Shown here piece by piece: positions 36,825-45,846 of a DNA stretch of 64,000 bases. Source of the stretch: Dehalococcoidales bacterium (GTDB lineage Bacteria > Chloroflexota > Dehalococcoidia > Dehalococcoidales > Fen-1064); the NCBI GenBank assembly GCA_020342155.1, contig CP070842.1, positions 1,108,594 to 1,172,593 on the forward strand, read 5' to 3'. How positions within the stretch are numbered: position 1 is the stretch's first letter; each line of letters starts with the position of its first letter. The notes below the pieces were generated by a model that was not told where the DNA came from, did not search any database, and saw nothing but the letters and a program-made list of their open reading frames with translations. A program made the translations under genes and the position numbers.

Positions 36825-38359
36825 ACGTCATAGCACGACGACTGACGAGGCTGAACTGGATAGCTACTGTCGTTATCCCCGTGGCGGTCATCCTCATGGA
36901 GGTGTACTGGTTCTATCCCTGGTTCCTCTGGTTGGGAAAAACGGAACTGTTCTCAGAGCCGCGTGCGCCGTTCAGTATCGGGGGTGTTATCTTCCTGCTT
37001 GGCGGTGGCTTTGTCGCTACCCGATACCTGCTCAGTCGGGAATGGTCCCTCAACCGGATTCGCTGGGGCGTCATCCTCTGCAGTCTGGTAGTGGTCTTCA
37101 CCGTAGTCCGCAGCGAATACCACGCTGGGTACGGGCTGCTCGACGGCGGGTGGTTTGTCTATGCCTCAGGAGTACTGCTCGACTTCAGTCAGGCCCACGC
37201 GTTGATGGTCGCACTACCGGCCGGTGCCTACCTGTGGTGGCGAGGCATTAGATACGGACGGGCCCCCCTTTATACGACCAGTGTTTACCGCACCTTCATG
37301 GTTGGTATCGTCTCCTTCGTCCTTCTTGTTATCGTCTGGCGGGTAAGCATGGGGGAGGGCTCCCTGGAAGAGCTTGCCACAACTGTCGCTCCCCACGTAG
37401 CTGCCTTTTTCTTCTTCGCCCTGGTCTCGCTGGCCCTCATCAACCTGCAATCAATCCGGCAGCAAATGACACCTGAGGACATGGGACCATCATTCAACCG
37501 TCGCTGGTTGCCCATCCTGATAGCCGTCATTGGTGGAATCGTCCTTATCGGCATCGGCATCGCTAGCATCTTCTCACCTGAGTTCGTTGCCTTCTTATCA
37601 CGCCTGCTCGGCTCTATTGGTGACGTTGTTCGCACAGTAATCGGTTTTATATTAGTACCCTTCGCATTCATCGCTGCCGGCTTGTACTGGGTAATCGAGC
37701 TGATAATAAACCTTATCCGTAGCAAAAATATCCCTGAATTCATGGGGCCGGACTTCGAATTCGAAGAAGAAGCCGCAGCCGAGGTCACACCGGGACAGCC
37801 CATCTCCGAGGTCATCATCGTGGCGCTGAAGTGGATACTCTTCGCTGCCGTCGCCATCGTTATCATCTACCTGCTCGCCAGGGCGGTATCGCGTTTCCGT
37901 GCTTCCCGGGCAAGGATTGACATCGAAGAGGTCAACGAATCACTATGGAGCTGGGGGAGCCTTATGGCGGACGTTCGTCTCTTCCTGAGTGCAATCTGGC
38001 AACGTCTCTGGCGAAGGCGAAAAGAAGCCACGCCAACCGGCACTGTACCACGCCGGTATTTGGAAGAGGATGAAACAGACACACTCGACATCCGCACGAT
38101 ATACCGGCGGATGCTGCGACAGGCATCCCGCTTTGGCATGGGACGCCGGGACCCCGAAACGCCTTACGAGTACCGGGGGCGGTTGGGGCAGATAGCGCCC
38201 GATAGCCATGAGCCTCTGGCGGAACTCACCGACCTCTACGTAACTGTCCGCTACGGTGAAACTGAGCCCCAACAGAGGCAGGTAAGTCGGGCTAACAGCC
38301 TGTGGCAAGTCCTGAAAAGGCTACTGAGACCACCGGCACGAAGTCAACCGCAGATATAA
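36821..38359 (+). CDS. polytopic membrane protein with C-terminal DUF4129-like domain (TgpA-like without the transglutaminase core)
   Basis: The start overlaps the upstream stop in ATGA. There are many TM helices, then IYRRMLRQASRFGMGRRDPETPYEY. Confidence 0.6.
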   Translation: MNVIARRLTRLNWIATVVIPVAVILMEVYWFYPWFLWLGKTELFSEPRAPFSIGGVIFLLGGGFVATRYLLSREWSLNRIRWGVILCSLVVVFTVVRSEYHAGYGLLDGGWFVYASGVLLDFSQAHALMVALPAGAYLWWRGIRYGRAPLYTTSVYRTFMVGIVSFVLLVIVWRVSMGEGSLEELATTVAPHVAAFFFFALVSLALINLQSIRQQMTPEDMGPSFNRRWLPILIAVIGGIVLIGIGIASIFSPEFVAFLSRLLGSIGDVVRTVIGFILVPFAFIAAGLYWVIELIINLIRSKNIPEFMGPDFEFEEEAAAEVTPGQPISEVIIVALKWILFAAVAIVIIYLLARAVSRFRASRARIDIEEVNESLWSWGSLMADVRLFLSAIWQRLWRRRKEATPTGTVPRRYLEEDETDTLDIRTIYRRMLRQASRFGMGRRDPETPYEYRGRLGQIAPDSHEPLAELTDLYVTVRYGETEPQQRQVSRANSLWQVLKRLLRPPARSQPQI

Positions 38360-38382
38360 GGAAAGCCGTTCCAGATAAAGCC

Positions 38383-38994
38383 ATGAAAGACAAATTGACA
38401 CCAACCACGGACACACTACTCGAGGAGACATTCCAGCACTGGACGGGCGGAAAGGACGCCATCCAGTCACGAATCAGTATCTACGAGAAGATTCGAGATA
38501 TCCCCTATGCAGTTCTCCCCGAGCTGGTCGATGCCGAAAGGTACACAGATATTCTTACTCTAGGTCGGGGCTCCTGCACGCCGAAGCACTTCCTGCTATG
38601 CAACCTGTTCCAGAGACTGGGACTGCTGGTCCTCTTCGCTGTCTATCCCTTTCGGTGGATTGATAACGCCGAGGTTGTGGACAGCTACCCACAGCCGCTC
38701 AAAAAACTGACCGGGGGACTACCGATGAGCCATCACCTCGCCTGCAGGGTGGAGATAGGCGGCAGGCTCGTCCTGGTGGATGCCACCCTGGACTCACCTC
38801 TGGGGAAAGCAGGCTTGCCGGTCAACCACCACTGGGATGGCTTCAGCGACACGTTGCTGCCGATGATGCCCTGCGGGGAGGAGCAGCTTTACCACCCATC
38901 CGAGGCATACCTCATGGAGCCCCGTTCCGGCAAGCCATGGCTTGAGTTCTATACCGGGCTTAACGCCTTTCTGGAAAAAGTGAGACAGTCCTGA
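38383..38994 (+). CDS. transglutaminase-like cysteine-protease-fold protein
   Basis: It has the GRGSCTPKHFL catalytic-Cys context and a later H..D region (SHHLACRVEIGGRLVLVDAT). The start is chosen after the upstream stop codon. Confidence 0.55.
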   Translation: MKDKLTPTTDTLLEETFQHWTGGKDAIQSRISIYEKIRDIPYAVLPELVDAERYTDILTLGRGSCTPKHFLLCNLFQRLGLLVLFAVYPFRWIDNAEVVDSYPQPLKKLTGGLPMSHHLACRVEIGGRLVLVDATLDSPLGKAGLPVNHHWDGFSDTLLPMMPCGEEQLYHPSEAYLMEPRSGKPWLEFYTGLNAFLEKVRQS

Positions 38995-39029
38995 AACCCC
39001 AAATAGTCCAGAATATCGCATAACTACGT

Positions 39030-39227
39030 TCACCATTCCTCCCTGGGAACCTTCCTCATACCACGGGAATCGGTGAAAGCATAGGCGAATACCGCATCCT
39101 GTGGAGCTGCCTTGAGGATGCTCTCCTTGACATCTTCGTATCGGCCGTGGTACTCAGGTAATCGGTCGCCACGACTATCAAATGTCATAACCATATTATC
39201 CTGAAAGCGTATAACGGCTCTAATCAT
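39030..39227 (-). CDS. small hypothetical protein (65 aa)
   Basis: The sequence is MIRAVIRFQDNMVMTFDSRGDRLPEYHGRYEDVKESILKAAPQDAVF.... The upstream 37 codons of the ORF-track version look like read-through of the intergenic region. Confidence 0.4.
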   Translation of the reverse strand: MIRAVIRFQDNMVMTFDSRGDRLPEYHGRYEDVKESILKAAPQDAVFAYAFTDSRGMRKVPREEW

Positions 39228-39319
39228 AGCGTTGCCTGCCTCTTCTCGTTCCGCACACGGTCTTTCCTGGCTAGGCAACACCCTTCGGCAACCCCTTTTA
39301 GTCAGCACCTGCCGTCGCC

Positions 39320-39714
39320 TCAACTCGCCTGGTACCAAACGGATGCAGCCTGTGCAGTACGTCTCAACTTCGCCTTTATTCGAGCGACCAGTTCGACGGC
39401 ACTGAAGGGCTTGGTCACGTAGTCATCAGCACCGAGATTCAGCGCCTTTCGCAGAGTAGGCCCTTCGCATCGTCCTGTAACCATAACTACAGGGATATTA
39501 CTGTGCTCACGGATGAGGTCGAGCACCTGAAATCCATCTAGGTCATTCATTACGATATCGAGCAGCACTAGGTCCGGTTGCCACTCGTCTATCTCTGCCT
39601 CCGCCCTACCGAGACCCTGATAATGAAATCACGCGAAAATCCCCGTCACGTCTGCACACATGATTTACTGCGCAGACAATTCCGGAGGAATCTCCTGTCG
39701 ATTACACCCTCCAT
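39320..39714 (-). pseudogene. decayed stand-alone response-regulator receiver gene
   Basis: The C-terminal two thirds are intact (PDLVLLDIVMNDLDGF...VVMVTG...GADDYVTKPF). The N-terminal third is interrupted by in-frame TAA and TGA and is out of frame with the only upstream ATG (39714). The acidic DD pocket is unrecognisable. Confidence 0.55.
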
Positions 39715-39923
39715 TGCTACCCGCCGGAGACTGACTGGCATGCGCCAGAACTGTTCTCACCTATCATCAAGATAACTCAGTCTGGCAGAGTGTGCCATTG
39801 GTAGGTATACCTAATTAGATTCGAGACAGTTCCCTAGTTCTAACACGAAGGCTTCTGGAGATGGCCTGCCACCTAAGAATTGGAGTCCAGCTAGTCTCAT
39901 CTTTCCTTTTGCAAGCAGGGTGT

Positions 39924-40140
39924 AAACCAAGGGGGACACCCCCTTGAATTCCCGTTCCAAAGGGGTTACACCCCTCTGGACTCCCCAAAACGGTGTGGGA
40001 TCAATTCTCTAGCAGGGACCATTCGCATCTAAAAAAGAGCCCGAAGCCGGGGGCACAAATGCACTTCCCTAGAGACAAGGTCTCCAAATGCTGCTAAAGG
40101 GTAGTCAAAGAGGGGCTGTACCCTATCTGAACGAGCACAT
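39924..40140. repeat. hairpin-rich inverted repeat, copy 1 (partner 43515-43707, inverted)
   Basis: By manual alignment, its reverse complement matches copy 2 with a handful of substitutions and small indels. Nested palindromes are CAAGGGGGACACCCCCTTG, CCAAAGGGGTTACACCCCTCTGG and TAGAGACAAGGTCTCC. Confidence 0.8.
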
Positions 40141-40144
40141 TTCC

Positions 40145-40174
40145 TTGACACTCGACTGGCAAAGGACTTACAAT
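40145..40174 (+). promoter_or_regulatory. sigma70-like promoter TTGACA-18-TACAAT for the CoA-transferase operon
   Basis: Read directly. It is preceded by ccctatctgaacgagcaca, which is also found before the dsrE-like promoter. Confidence 0.55.
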
Positions 40175-40256
40175 CACCGCATCAAACTACCGAGGTTCGT
40201 GGCTATCGGTAGAAACCGACCCTGTATTGGAATTTTGATTGGAGCAGGAGAAGAAC

Positions 40257-41471
40257 ATGGAGCAAGCGTTATCTGATATCAAGGTGTTGGACCTCACACA
40301 TTACATAGCCGGTCCTTACTGTACCAAGCTTCTGGCTGACTATGGTGCCGATGTCCTCAAGGTAGAGAGGCCTGATGGCGGAGACTGGGCAAGAAGGATG
40401 GGTCCGTTCCTCGGGAATGAACCTCATCCTGACAAGAGCGGACTCTTTCTTCATCTTAATACTAGCAAGAGAGGCATCACTCTTAACCTGAAGGCACAAG
40501 ACGGGAAGAAGATTTTCCGGGAGCTGGTGAGAGATGTTGACATCCTCGTGGAGAACTTCAGTCCCAGGGTAATGCCGTCGTTGGGGCTGTCCTACGAAGA
40601 GCTGGAGAAGATAAACCCGAAGTTGGTAATGACGTCAATATCCAATTTCGGCCAGTCGGGCCCCTACAGGGACTTCAAGGCTTCGGAGCTGATTATCTAT
40701 GGGATGGGTGGTGCCATGAATGAGACCGGTATGTTCGACCGCTATCCCCTGAAGAAAGCAGGCAACGTTATACAGTACCAGGTAGGGACGATGGCAGCGG
40801 TATCAACCATGGTGGCTCTCTTTGCTAGCCAGGCTCAGAGCGCCGGTCAACACGTTGATTTGTCCATGTTTGAAAGCCAGGCAGGCACTATCGACCGCCG
40901 GATGAGCCACTTCATCACCTATCAATATAACAATGAGACCAGCTACAGACCGGACCCGGAGATAGACCCACCCGGATTTCCCTATGGAATCTATGCCTGC
41001 CAGGACGGTTTCTTCCAGCTTACCGGGGGCTTTGTTTTCTGGGACCGAATCTGCAAGATGATGGATAGGCCTGACCTGGTAGATGACCCCGGGTTCAGCA
41101 CTCAGGAAGGGCAGCGTGACCCCGAAAACCTAGAGCGGTTCAGCATCATCTGGTACCCCTGGATTGCCGAACGCACTAAGCTGGAGATTATTACCGCCGG
41201 TCAGGCGGCCGGCGTGCTCTGCGGACCGATAAACGATCCCGGTGATCTGGTGAATGATCCCCACTGGAAGGCAAGGGGATTCTGGGAGGAAATAGAGCAC
41301 TCCGTAGCTGGGAGACTTACCTACCCCGGAGCGCCTTTTAAGATGGACGAGACTCCCTGGCGGGCGAGCCGGCCGGCTCCCCGATTAGGTGAGCACAATA
41401 ATGAGGTCTATGGTGAGTTAGGGTACTCTGGTGAAGATCTGGAGAGATTGAAGGAGCAAGGGGTAATCTGA
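40257..41471 (+). CDS. family III CoA-transferase (CaiB/BaiF)
   Basis: The N-terminus LSDIKVLDLTHYIAGPYCTKLLADYGADVLKVERP is the family signature. The ATG follows GGAGCAGGAG. Confidence 0.85.
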   Translation: MEQALSDIKVLDLTHYIAGPYCTKLLADYGADVLKVERPDGGDWARRMGPFLGNEPHPDKSGLFLHLNTSKRGITLNLKAQDGKKIFRELVRDVDILVENFSPRVMPSLGLSYEELEKINPKLVMTSISNFGQSGPYRDFKASELIIYGMGGAMNETGMFDRYPLKKAGNVIQYQVGTMAAVSTMVALFASQAQSAGQHVDLSMFESQAGTIDRRMSHFITYQYNNETSYRPDPEIDPPGFPYGIYACQDGFFQLTGGFVFWDRICKMMDRPDLVDDPGFSTQEGQRDPENLERFSIIWYPWIAERTKLEIITAGQAAGVLCGPINDPGDLVNDPHWKARGFWEEIEHSVAGRLTYPGAPFKMDETPWRASRPAPRLGEHNNEVYGELGYSGEDLERLKEQGVI

Positions 41472-41513
41472 GGTTGTTGTGGATAGTATTACGCTTTTAG
41501 AAGAGAGGAGCTA

Positions 41514-42824
41514 GTGATGGTTAAGTTGCCTTTAGAAGGAATTAGAGTTGTTGATATTACGGTAATCTATGCTGGGCCGTTTGCTACCATGAACCTGGCT
41601 GACTGGGGGGCTGAGGTTATTCGCGTAGAATCAATCAAGCACTTTCAGGTCCTTACCAGGGGAGGTACCGCGCACCCCAACCAGGATATAGTGTCTGATC
41701 CGGTCAGGACTGGAGGAATAGCCACTTATTGTGGTCGAGATGTTAGCTTTCGGCCGTGGAACCGTTGGACTCTTTTTAACGCCCATGCCCGGAACAAGCT
41801 TGGCTGCACCATGGACATGACACAACCGAAGGGCATTGAGATTTTCAAACGGCTTATTGCGATGAGTGATGTCTTCCTTGAGAGTAATGCTCCCCATGTC
41901 AAGGAAAACCTTGGTCTGACCTACGACGTTTTAAAAGAAATAAATCCTAAGCTGATAATGCTCTCCATGCCCGGCTTCGGTGGCTCCGGACCCTATAAGT
42001 ACTACCGGGCGCTGGGTGTCCACCAGGAAGGTTTTATCGGCCACACCGCTCTCAGGGGTTATCCCGATAGCGACCCGTCGACCACGTCTACCGTTTATCA
42101 TGCCGACGAAGCTGCCGGGGCAACCGCCGCCCTGGCAGTGCTGATGGCCCTGCACTATCGTAACCGCACCGGTAAGGGACAGCACATCGACATGGCCCAG
42201 GCTGAGGCCACTATGCCCCATCTCGGTGAGGCTATCATGGACTATACGATGAATAATCGTGTCCAGGAAAGTATGGCAAACCGCATGCCTGGAGCAGCCC
42301 CCTGTGGCTGCTACCGCTGTACGGGAGAAGACCGTTGGGTAAACATCACCGTTACCTCCGATGAGGAGTGGCAGGGACTACGCCGCGCTATGGGCGACCC
42401 GGAATGGGCTAAGGATGAGAAGTTTACTGACAGCCTCAGCCGCGAGAATAATCAGGACGAGCTAGACGAACATATCAGCAAGTGGACCACAAACCACAAC
42501 CACTACGACCTGATGCACATGCTGCAGAAAGAGGGAGTCCCCGCCGGGCCGATAATATTCGAAGATGATGCCTATACCGACCCTCATCTCAAGGAGCGAG
42601 GGTTCTTCCAGGAAGTTACCCAAGAGGAGTGCGGCACTCATATCTACCCGGGGTACGGTTTCAAGATTTCGGGAGTGCCGAACAGTATTCGCCGGCCACC
42701 GGTCCGACTCGGTGAGCACAACGAATACGTCTATAAAGAAGTCCTTGGGGTATCCGACGAAGAGTACCAGCAGCTTGAGGAAGAAGGCCACATCGGCATG
42801 GACTTCTTGCCAGAGGTTCGTTAA
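41514..42824 (+). CDS. family III CoA-transferase (CaiB/BaiF), second paralogue
   Basis: It has LEGIRVVDITVIYAGPFATMNLADWGAEVIRVES and is 436 aa. Confidence 0.85.
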   Translation: MMVKLPLEGIRVVDITVIYAGPFATMNLADWGAEVIRVESIKHFQVLTRGGTAHPNQDIVSDPVRTGGIATYCGRDVSFRPWNRWTLFNAHARNKLGCTMDMTQPKGIEIFKRLIAMSDVFLESNAPHVKENLGLTYDVLKEINPKLIMLSMPGFGGSGPYKYYRALGVHQEGFIGHTALRGYPDSDPSTTSTVYHADEAAGATAALAVLMALHYRNRTGKGQHIDMAQAEATMPHLGEAIMDYTMNNRVQESMANRMPGAAPCGCYRCTGEDRWVNITVTSDEEWQGLRRAMGDPEWAKDEKFTDSLSRENNQDELDEHISKWTTNHNHYDLMHMLQKEGVPAGPIIFEDDAYTDPHLKERGFFQEVTQEECGTHIYPGYGFKISGVPNSIRRPPVRLGEHNEYVYKEVLGVSDEEYQQLEEEGHIGMDFLPEVR

Positions 42825-42854
42825 AACTAACTGGCATTATTGCTGCATAGTTTG

Positions 42855-42890
42855 AAGGGGATTTCGTTTGAAACGAAATCCCCATTTTTA
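42855..42890. terminator. bidirectional terminator between convergent genes
   Basis: GGGGATTTCGTTT/AAACGAAATCCCC is a perfect palindrome flanked by A/T runs on both sides. Confidence 0.7.
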
Positions 42891-42894
42891 TTAG

Positions 42895-43317
42895 CTATAC
42901 ATACCAGTTCACGACGGCAGTTCGGGCAATCTCAAGGAATGTTCCCAGGCCGATGTCCCCATCCACTTCAGGAATAAGGTCTTCGCGCCGGATATTAAAG
43001 GCAGACATGACGCCAACACAGGCATACAGGTTCAGTCCCAGCTCCTTGGCATCGGCAAGCAGCTTTCCCAGAGGGTTGAGGGCACCTGTCATCAGACCGA
43101 ACTCGATGTCTTTCCTGGATTGTGCTGTGGTCTCTTCACCCATTTCCTCAAGGTGGCCGAGGGTAAACCGTCTCAGGCCGCCGTGGGTCAATAGCATGTG
43201 TGCCTCCATACCTGTGGCCAGGGCAACTAAAGCCATTGTCAGGGCATAGCTGGTACGGTCGTAGCTGTCACTGTGCAGGATAATAGTCACCTTTTCCGAG
43301 TCACGTTTTATGGTCAC
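42895..43317 (-). CDS. DsrE/DsrF-like family protein
   Basis: It is 140 aa. KVTIILHSDSYDRTSYALTMALVALATGMEAHMLLTHGG is typical of the DsrE-like fold. The GTG start follows GGGGGAGGGAAA. Confidence 0.55.
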   Translation of the reverse strand: MTIKRDSEKVTIILHSDSYDRTSYALTMALVALATGMEAHMLLTHGGLRRFTLGHLEEMGEETTAQSRKDIEFGLMTGALNPLGKLLADAKELGLNLYACVGVMSAFNIRREDLIPEVDGDIGLGTFLEIARTAVVNWYV

Positions 43318-43374
43318 GGTTTCCCTCCCCCTGTGGACTGCATCATATTGTCGTACCTAAGGTGGTGGTCGTCT

Positions 43375-43404
43375 ATGATACCCAATGTTTGGCGGGACGG
43401 TCAA
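43375..43404 (-). promoter_or_regulatory. sigma70-like promoter TTGACC-18-TATCAT for the dsrE-like gene
   Basis: Read on the minus strand. It is preceded by ccctatctgaacgggcaca, homologous to the sequence before the CoA-transferase promoter. Confidence 0.5.
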
Positions 43405-43493
43405 GTACGTGTGCCCGTTCAGATAGGGCTCTGCCCCTGCTTAGTGGTGGTAGCCCTATCCCCCTGTATCCCCCTTCCCTAGCGGGGAAGGGG

Positions 43494-43525
43494 GAATAAA
43501 CTAAAAAGAGGGGCACAGCCCCTCT
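43494..43525 (-). terminator. terminator-like hairpin (minus strand) inside the extra segment of repeat copy 2
   Basis: AGAGGGGC-tgt-GCCCCTCT followed by TTTTTAGTTTATT on the minus strand. Confidence 0.45.
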
Positions 43526-43707
43526 TTGACTCCCCTTCAGCAGCATTTAGAGACCTTGTCTCTAGGGAAGTGCGTACCCCCGGCTTCCGGCTCTTTTTTA
43601 GGTGCGAATGGTCCCTGCTGGAGAATTGCCCCCACACCGTTTTGGGGAGTCCAGAGGGGTGTAACCCCTTTGGAACGGGGTTTCAAGGGGGTGTCCCCCT
43701 TTGGTTT
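43515..43707. repeat. hairpin-rich inverted repeat, copy 2
   Basis: See copy 1. Weaker homology continues on both sides (about 43360-43428 and 43716-43790). Confidence 0.8.
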
Positions 43708-43827
43708 CCCATTCATCTCGAAAAGATAGTGAGATAGCCAGGGAAAGAAAGCTATAATACTCTTGCTTGTTCCTGCTTGCCTGCACATGATACTATCAGG
43801 TGAAATACGGTTAGAACAGGCGGTGTC

Positions 43828-44490
43828 GTGAAGGGGGATAAGCTCGTAATAAACGAGGGGCATATCAGGGCAGCGCATCGGGCGCTGGAATTGCTCCTTC
43901 CCGGAATAACCAGCAGTCAGGGACGATTTGTTATTACCATCGCTGGTGAGTCCGGTAGTGGGAAATCGGAAATCGCTGCGGCTTTATCAGAGGCACTCTC
44001 ACAGAAAGACATTAAAAGCATCATCCTCCAGCAGGACGACTACTTCGTTTACCCGCCGAAGACAAACGAGAACATGCGGCGTAAAGACATTGGTCACGTC
44101 GGGATGTCCGAGGTACGCCTCGATCTGATTGACCAGAACCTCAAGGTTGCCATCACAGGTCAGAGAACTATCAGCAAGCCTCTGGTAATCTTCGATGAAG
44201 ACCGCATCACAGAGGAAACGGCCAACCTCGAAGGAATCAAGGTGGTCGTCGTTGAAGGGACTTACACTACGACGCTGAAACATGCTCACCAGCACATTTT
44301 TATTGACCGGAACTATATTGATACCATGGAGGCACGCCGACAGAGGGCCAGGGAAACCCAGGATGACTTTCTCAAAAAAGTACTCGAAATCGAGCATGGT
44401 ATCATCCAGCCCCAGAAGAAGCGAGCCAGTATTATCATAACCAGAGACTACGAAGCAAAATGGAATGAATCAGAAGACAAGCAGTCTTAA
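43828..44490 (+). CDS. uridine-kinase/phosphoribulokinase-family P-loop kinase
   Basis: It has Walker A IAGESGSGKSE and the QQDDYF motif. The start is GTG. Confidence 0.6.
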   Translation: MKGDKLVINEGHIRAAHRALELLLPGITSSQGRFVITIAGESGSGKSEIAAALSEALSQKDIKSIILQQDDYFVYPPKTNENMRRKDIGHVGMSEVRLDLIDQNLKVAITGQRTISKPLVIFDEDRITEETANLEGIKVVVVEGTYTTTLKHAHQHIFIDRNYIDTMEARRQRARETQDDFLKKVLEIEHGIIQPQKKRASIIITRDYEAKWNESEDKQS

Positions 44491-45745
44491 GAACATCTGC
44501 ATGCTGAGCACCCACGGTTACTTCGACCCGGTCCCCCAGCTTGGCAGGACCGACACCGGCGGTCAAGTTGTCTACGTGCTGCAACTGGCCAAAGCCCTGA
44601 CCACACACGGAATTAAGGTCGATATCTATACCCGGTGGTTCGACCGGGACAAGCCCCAGATCGACCCAGTCCCTGATAATGTCGACGTCAGGATTGTCCG
44701 GATACCAGCCGGACCGTGGGAGTTTATCCCCAAGGAGGAAATTTACAATGTCCTGCCGGAACTGGCCGGGAACATGACAGGCTTCATCCGTGAGCACAAT
44801 CTGGACTACAACCTTTTTCACGGCCACTATGTTGACGCCGGGATTGTCACGCTCGATGTCGCCAGAGCACTTAACAGGCCGGCCTTCTTCACAGCCCATT
44901 CCCTAGGAGCCTGGAAGAAAGAACAGATGGGCGGCGACCCGGTAGAAATGGAAAAGAAGTTCAGGTTCAGTCACCGAATAGCCGAAGAACTCCGAGTCTT
45001 CAGGTCGGTGAGGGCACAAACAGTCACTACCGACGTACAGAGAGAAAAACTCCGAGAGCTGTACGGGTTCACATCCGATGATATCACCGTTATCCCGCCA
45101 GGAGTAGACATTCATACTTTCCGCCCAATGGAAAGCGAGGAAGCAAGTATGGACATCGGGCTGGTGGACAGATATATCCTCTGCCTGAGCCGGATAGACT
45201 CCAATAAGGGGCACGACCTCCTTCTTAACGCCTTCGACCTCGTGTGTAAATCAGTCCCGGACATCCATCTTGTTATCGGCGGCGGTTCAACGAGTAAGGC
45301 CGGACCGACCGAGCTTGAGGTCCTAGCCGACATGAAAAGAATCATCGCTGAGAAAGACATGGGGCACCGTGTCCACATCACAGGTTATATCCCGGATGAA
45401 CACCTGGTAGCGACCTACCGCCAGGCGGCGATGTTTGTCCTGCCATCTCTCTTCGAACCGTTCGGTATGACCGCCCTGGAGGCGATGGCCTGCGGCAGGC
45501 CGGTAGTGGCCTCCCGACTAGGCGGCATACGGGAGGTCGTTACCTCGGAAGAAAGCAGCCTGCTGGTTGACCCCGCCGACCCCAGGGAATTCTCCGCCGC
45601 CATCATAAGGCTCCTGAACGATGAGCAGCTTTCCCAGCGTATTGGTGAACAGGGACGCTACATCGTGCGCGAAAGATACAGCTGGGCTGCGATAGCAGCC
45701 CAGCACATCGAGTTCTACGAGCAATACCTGAACAGGCAAATGTAG
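44465..45745 (+). CDS. GT4 glycosyltransferase of the sucrose-phosphate-synthase type
   Basis: STHGYFDPVPQLGRTDTGGQVVYVLQLAKAL is the SPS-type N-terminal signature. The C-terminal E-x7-E region is PSLFEPFGMTALEAMACG. It overlaps the kinase gene by 26 nt. Confidence 0.75.
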   Translation: MNQKTSSLKNICMLSTHGYFDPVPQLGRTDTGGQVVYVLQLAKALTTHGIKVDIYTRWFDRDKPQIDPVPDNVDVRIVRIPAGPWEFIPKEEIYNVLPELAGNMTGFIREHNLDYNLFHGHYVDAGIVTLDVARALNRPAFFTAHSLGAWKKEQMGGDPVEMEKKFRFSHRIAEELRVFRSVRAQTVTTDVQREKLRELYGFTSDDITVIPPGVDIHTFRPMESEEASMDIGLVDRYILCLSRIDSNKGHDLLLNAFDLVCKSVPDIHLVIGGGSTSKAGPTELEVLADMKRIIAEKDMGHRVHITGYIPDEHLVATYRQAAMFVLPSLFEPFGMTALEAMACGRPVVASRLGGIREVVTSEESSLLVDPADPREFSAAIIRLLNDEQLSQRIGEQGRYIVRERYSWAAIAAQHIEFYEQYLNRQM

Positions 45746-45846
45746 CCGCATTCGGCTCTCCCTGCAATGACCTCAAACCCCCACTATTTGCGTAGAGTAA
45801 CATCCAACGTGTAACATCTAATAAGTACGTGAGTATCGGAGGCGGT

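Noticed and set aside
39924-40140. The inverted-repeat element as a known riboswitch. Fragments such as CTAGCAGGGACC and AAAAGAGCCCGAAGCCGGGGG are vaguely reminiscent of guanidine-I/ykkC.
   Set aside because: The order and spacing of conserved blocks do not match my recollection of ykkC or any other riboswitch class. The element lies upstream of the -35/-10 hexamers of the adjacent genes, not in their 5' UTR.
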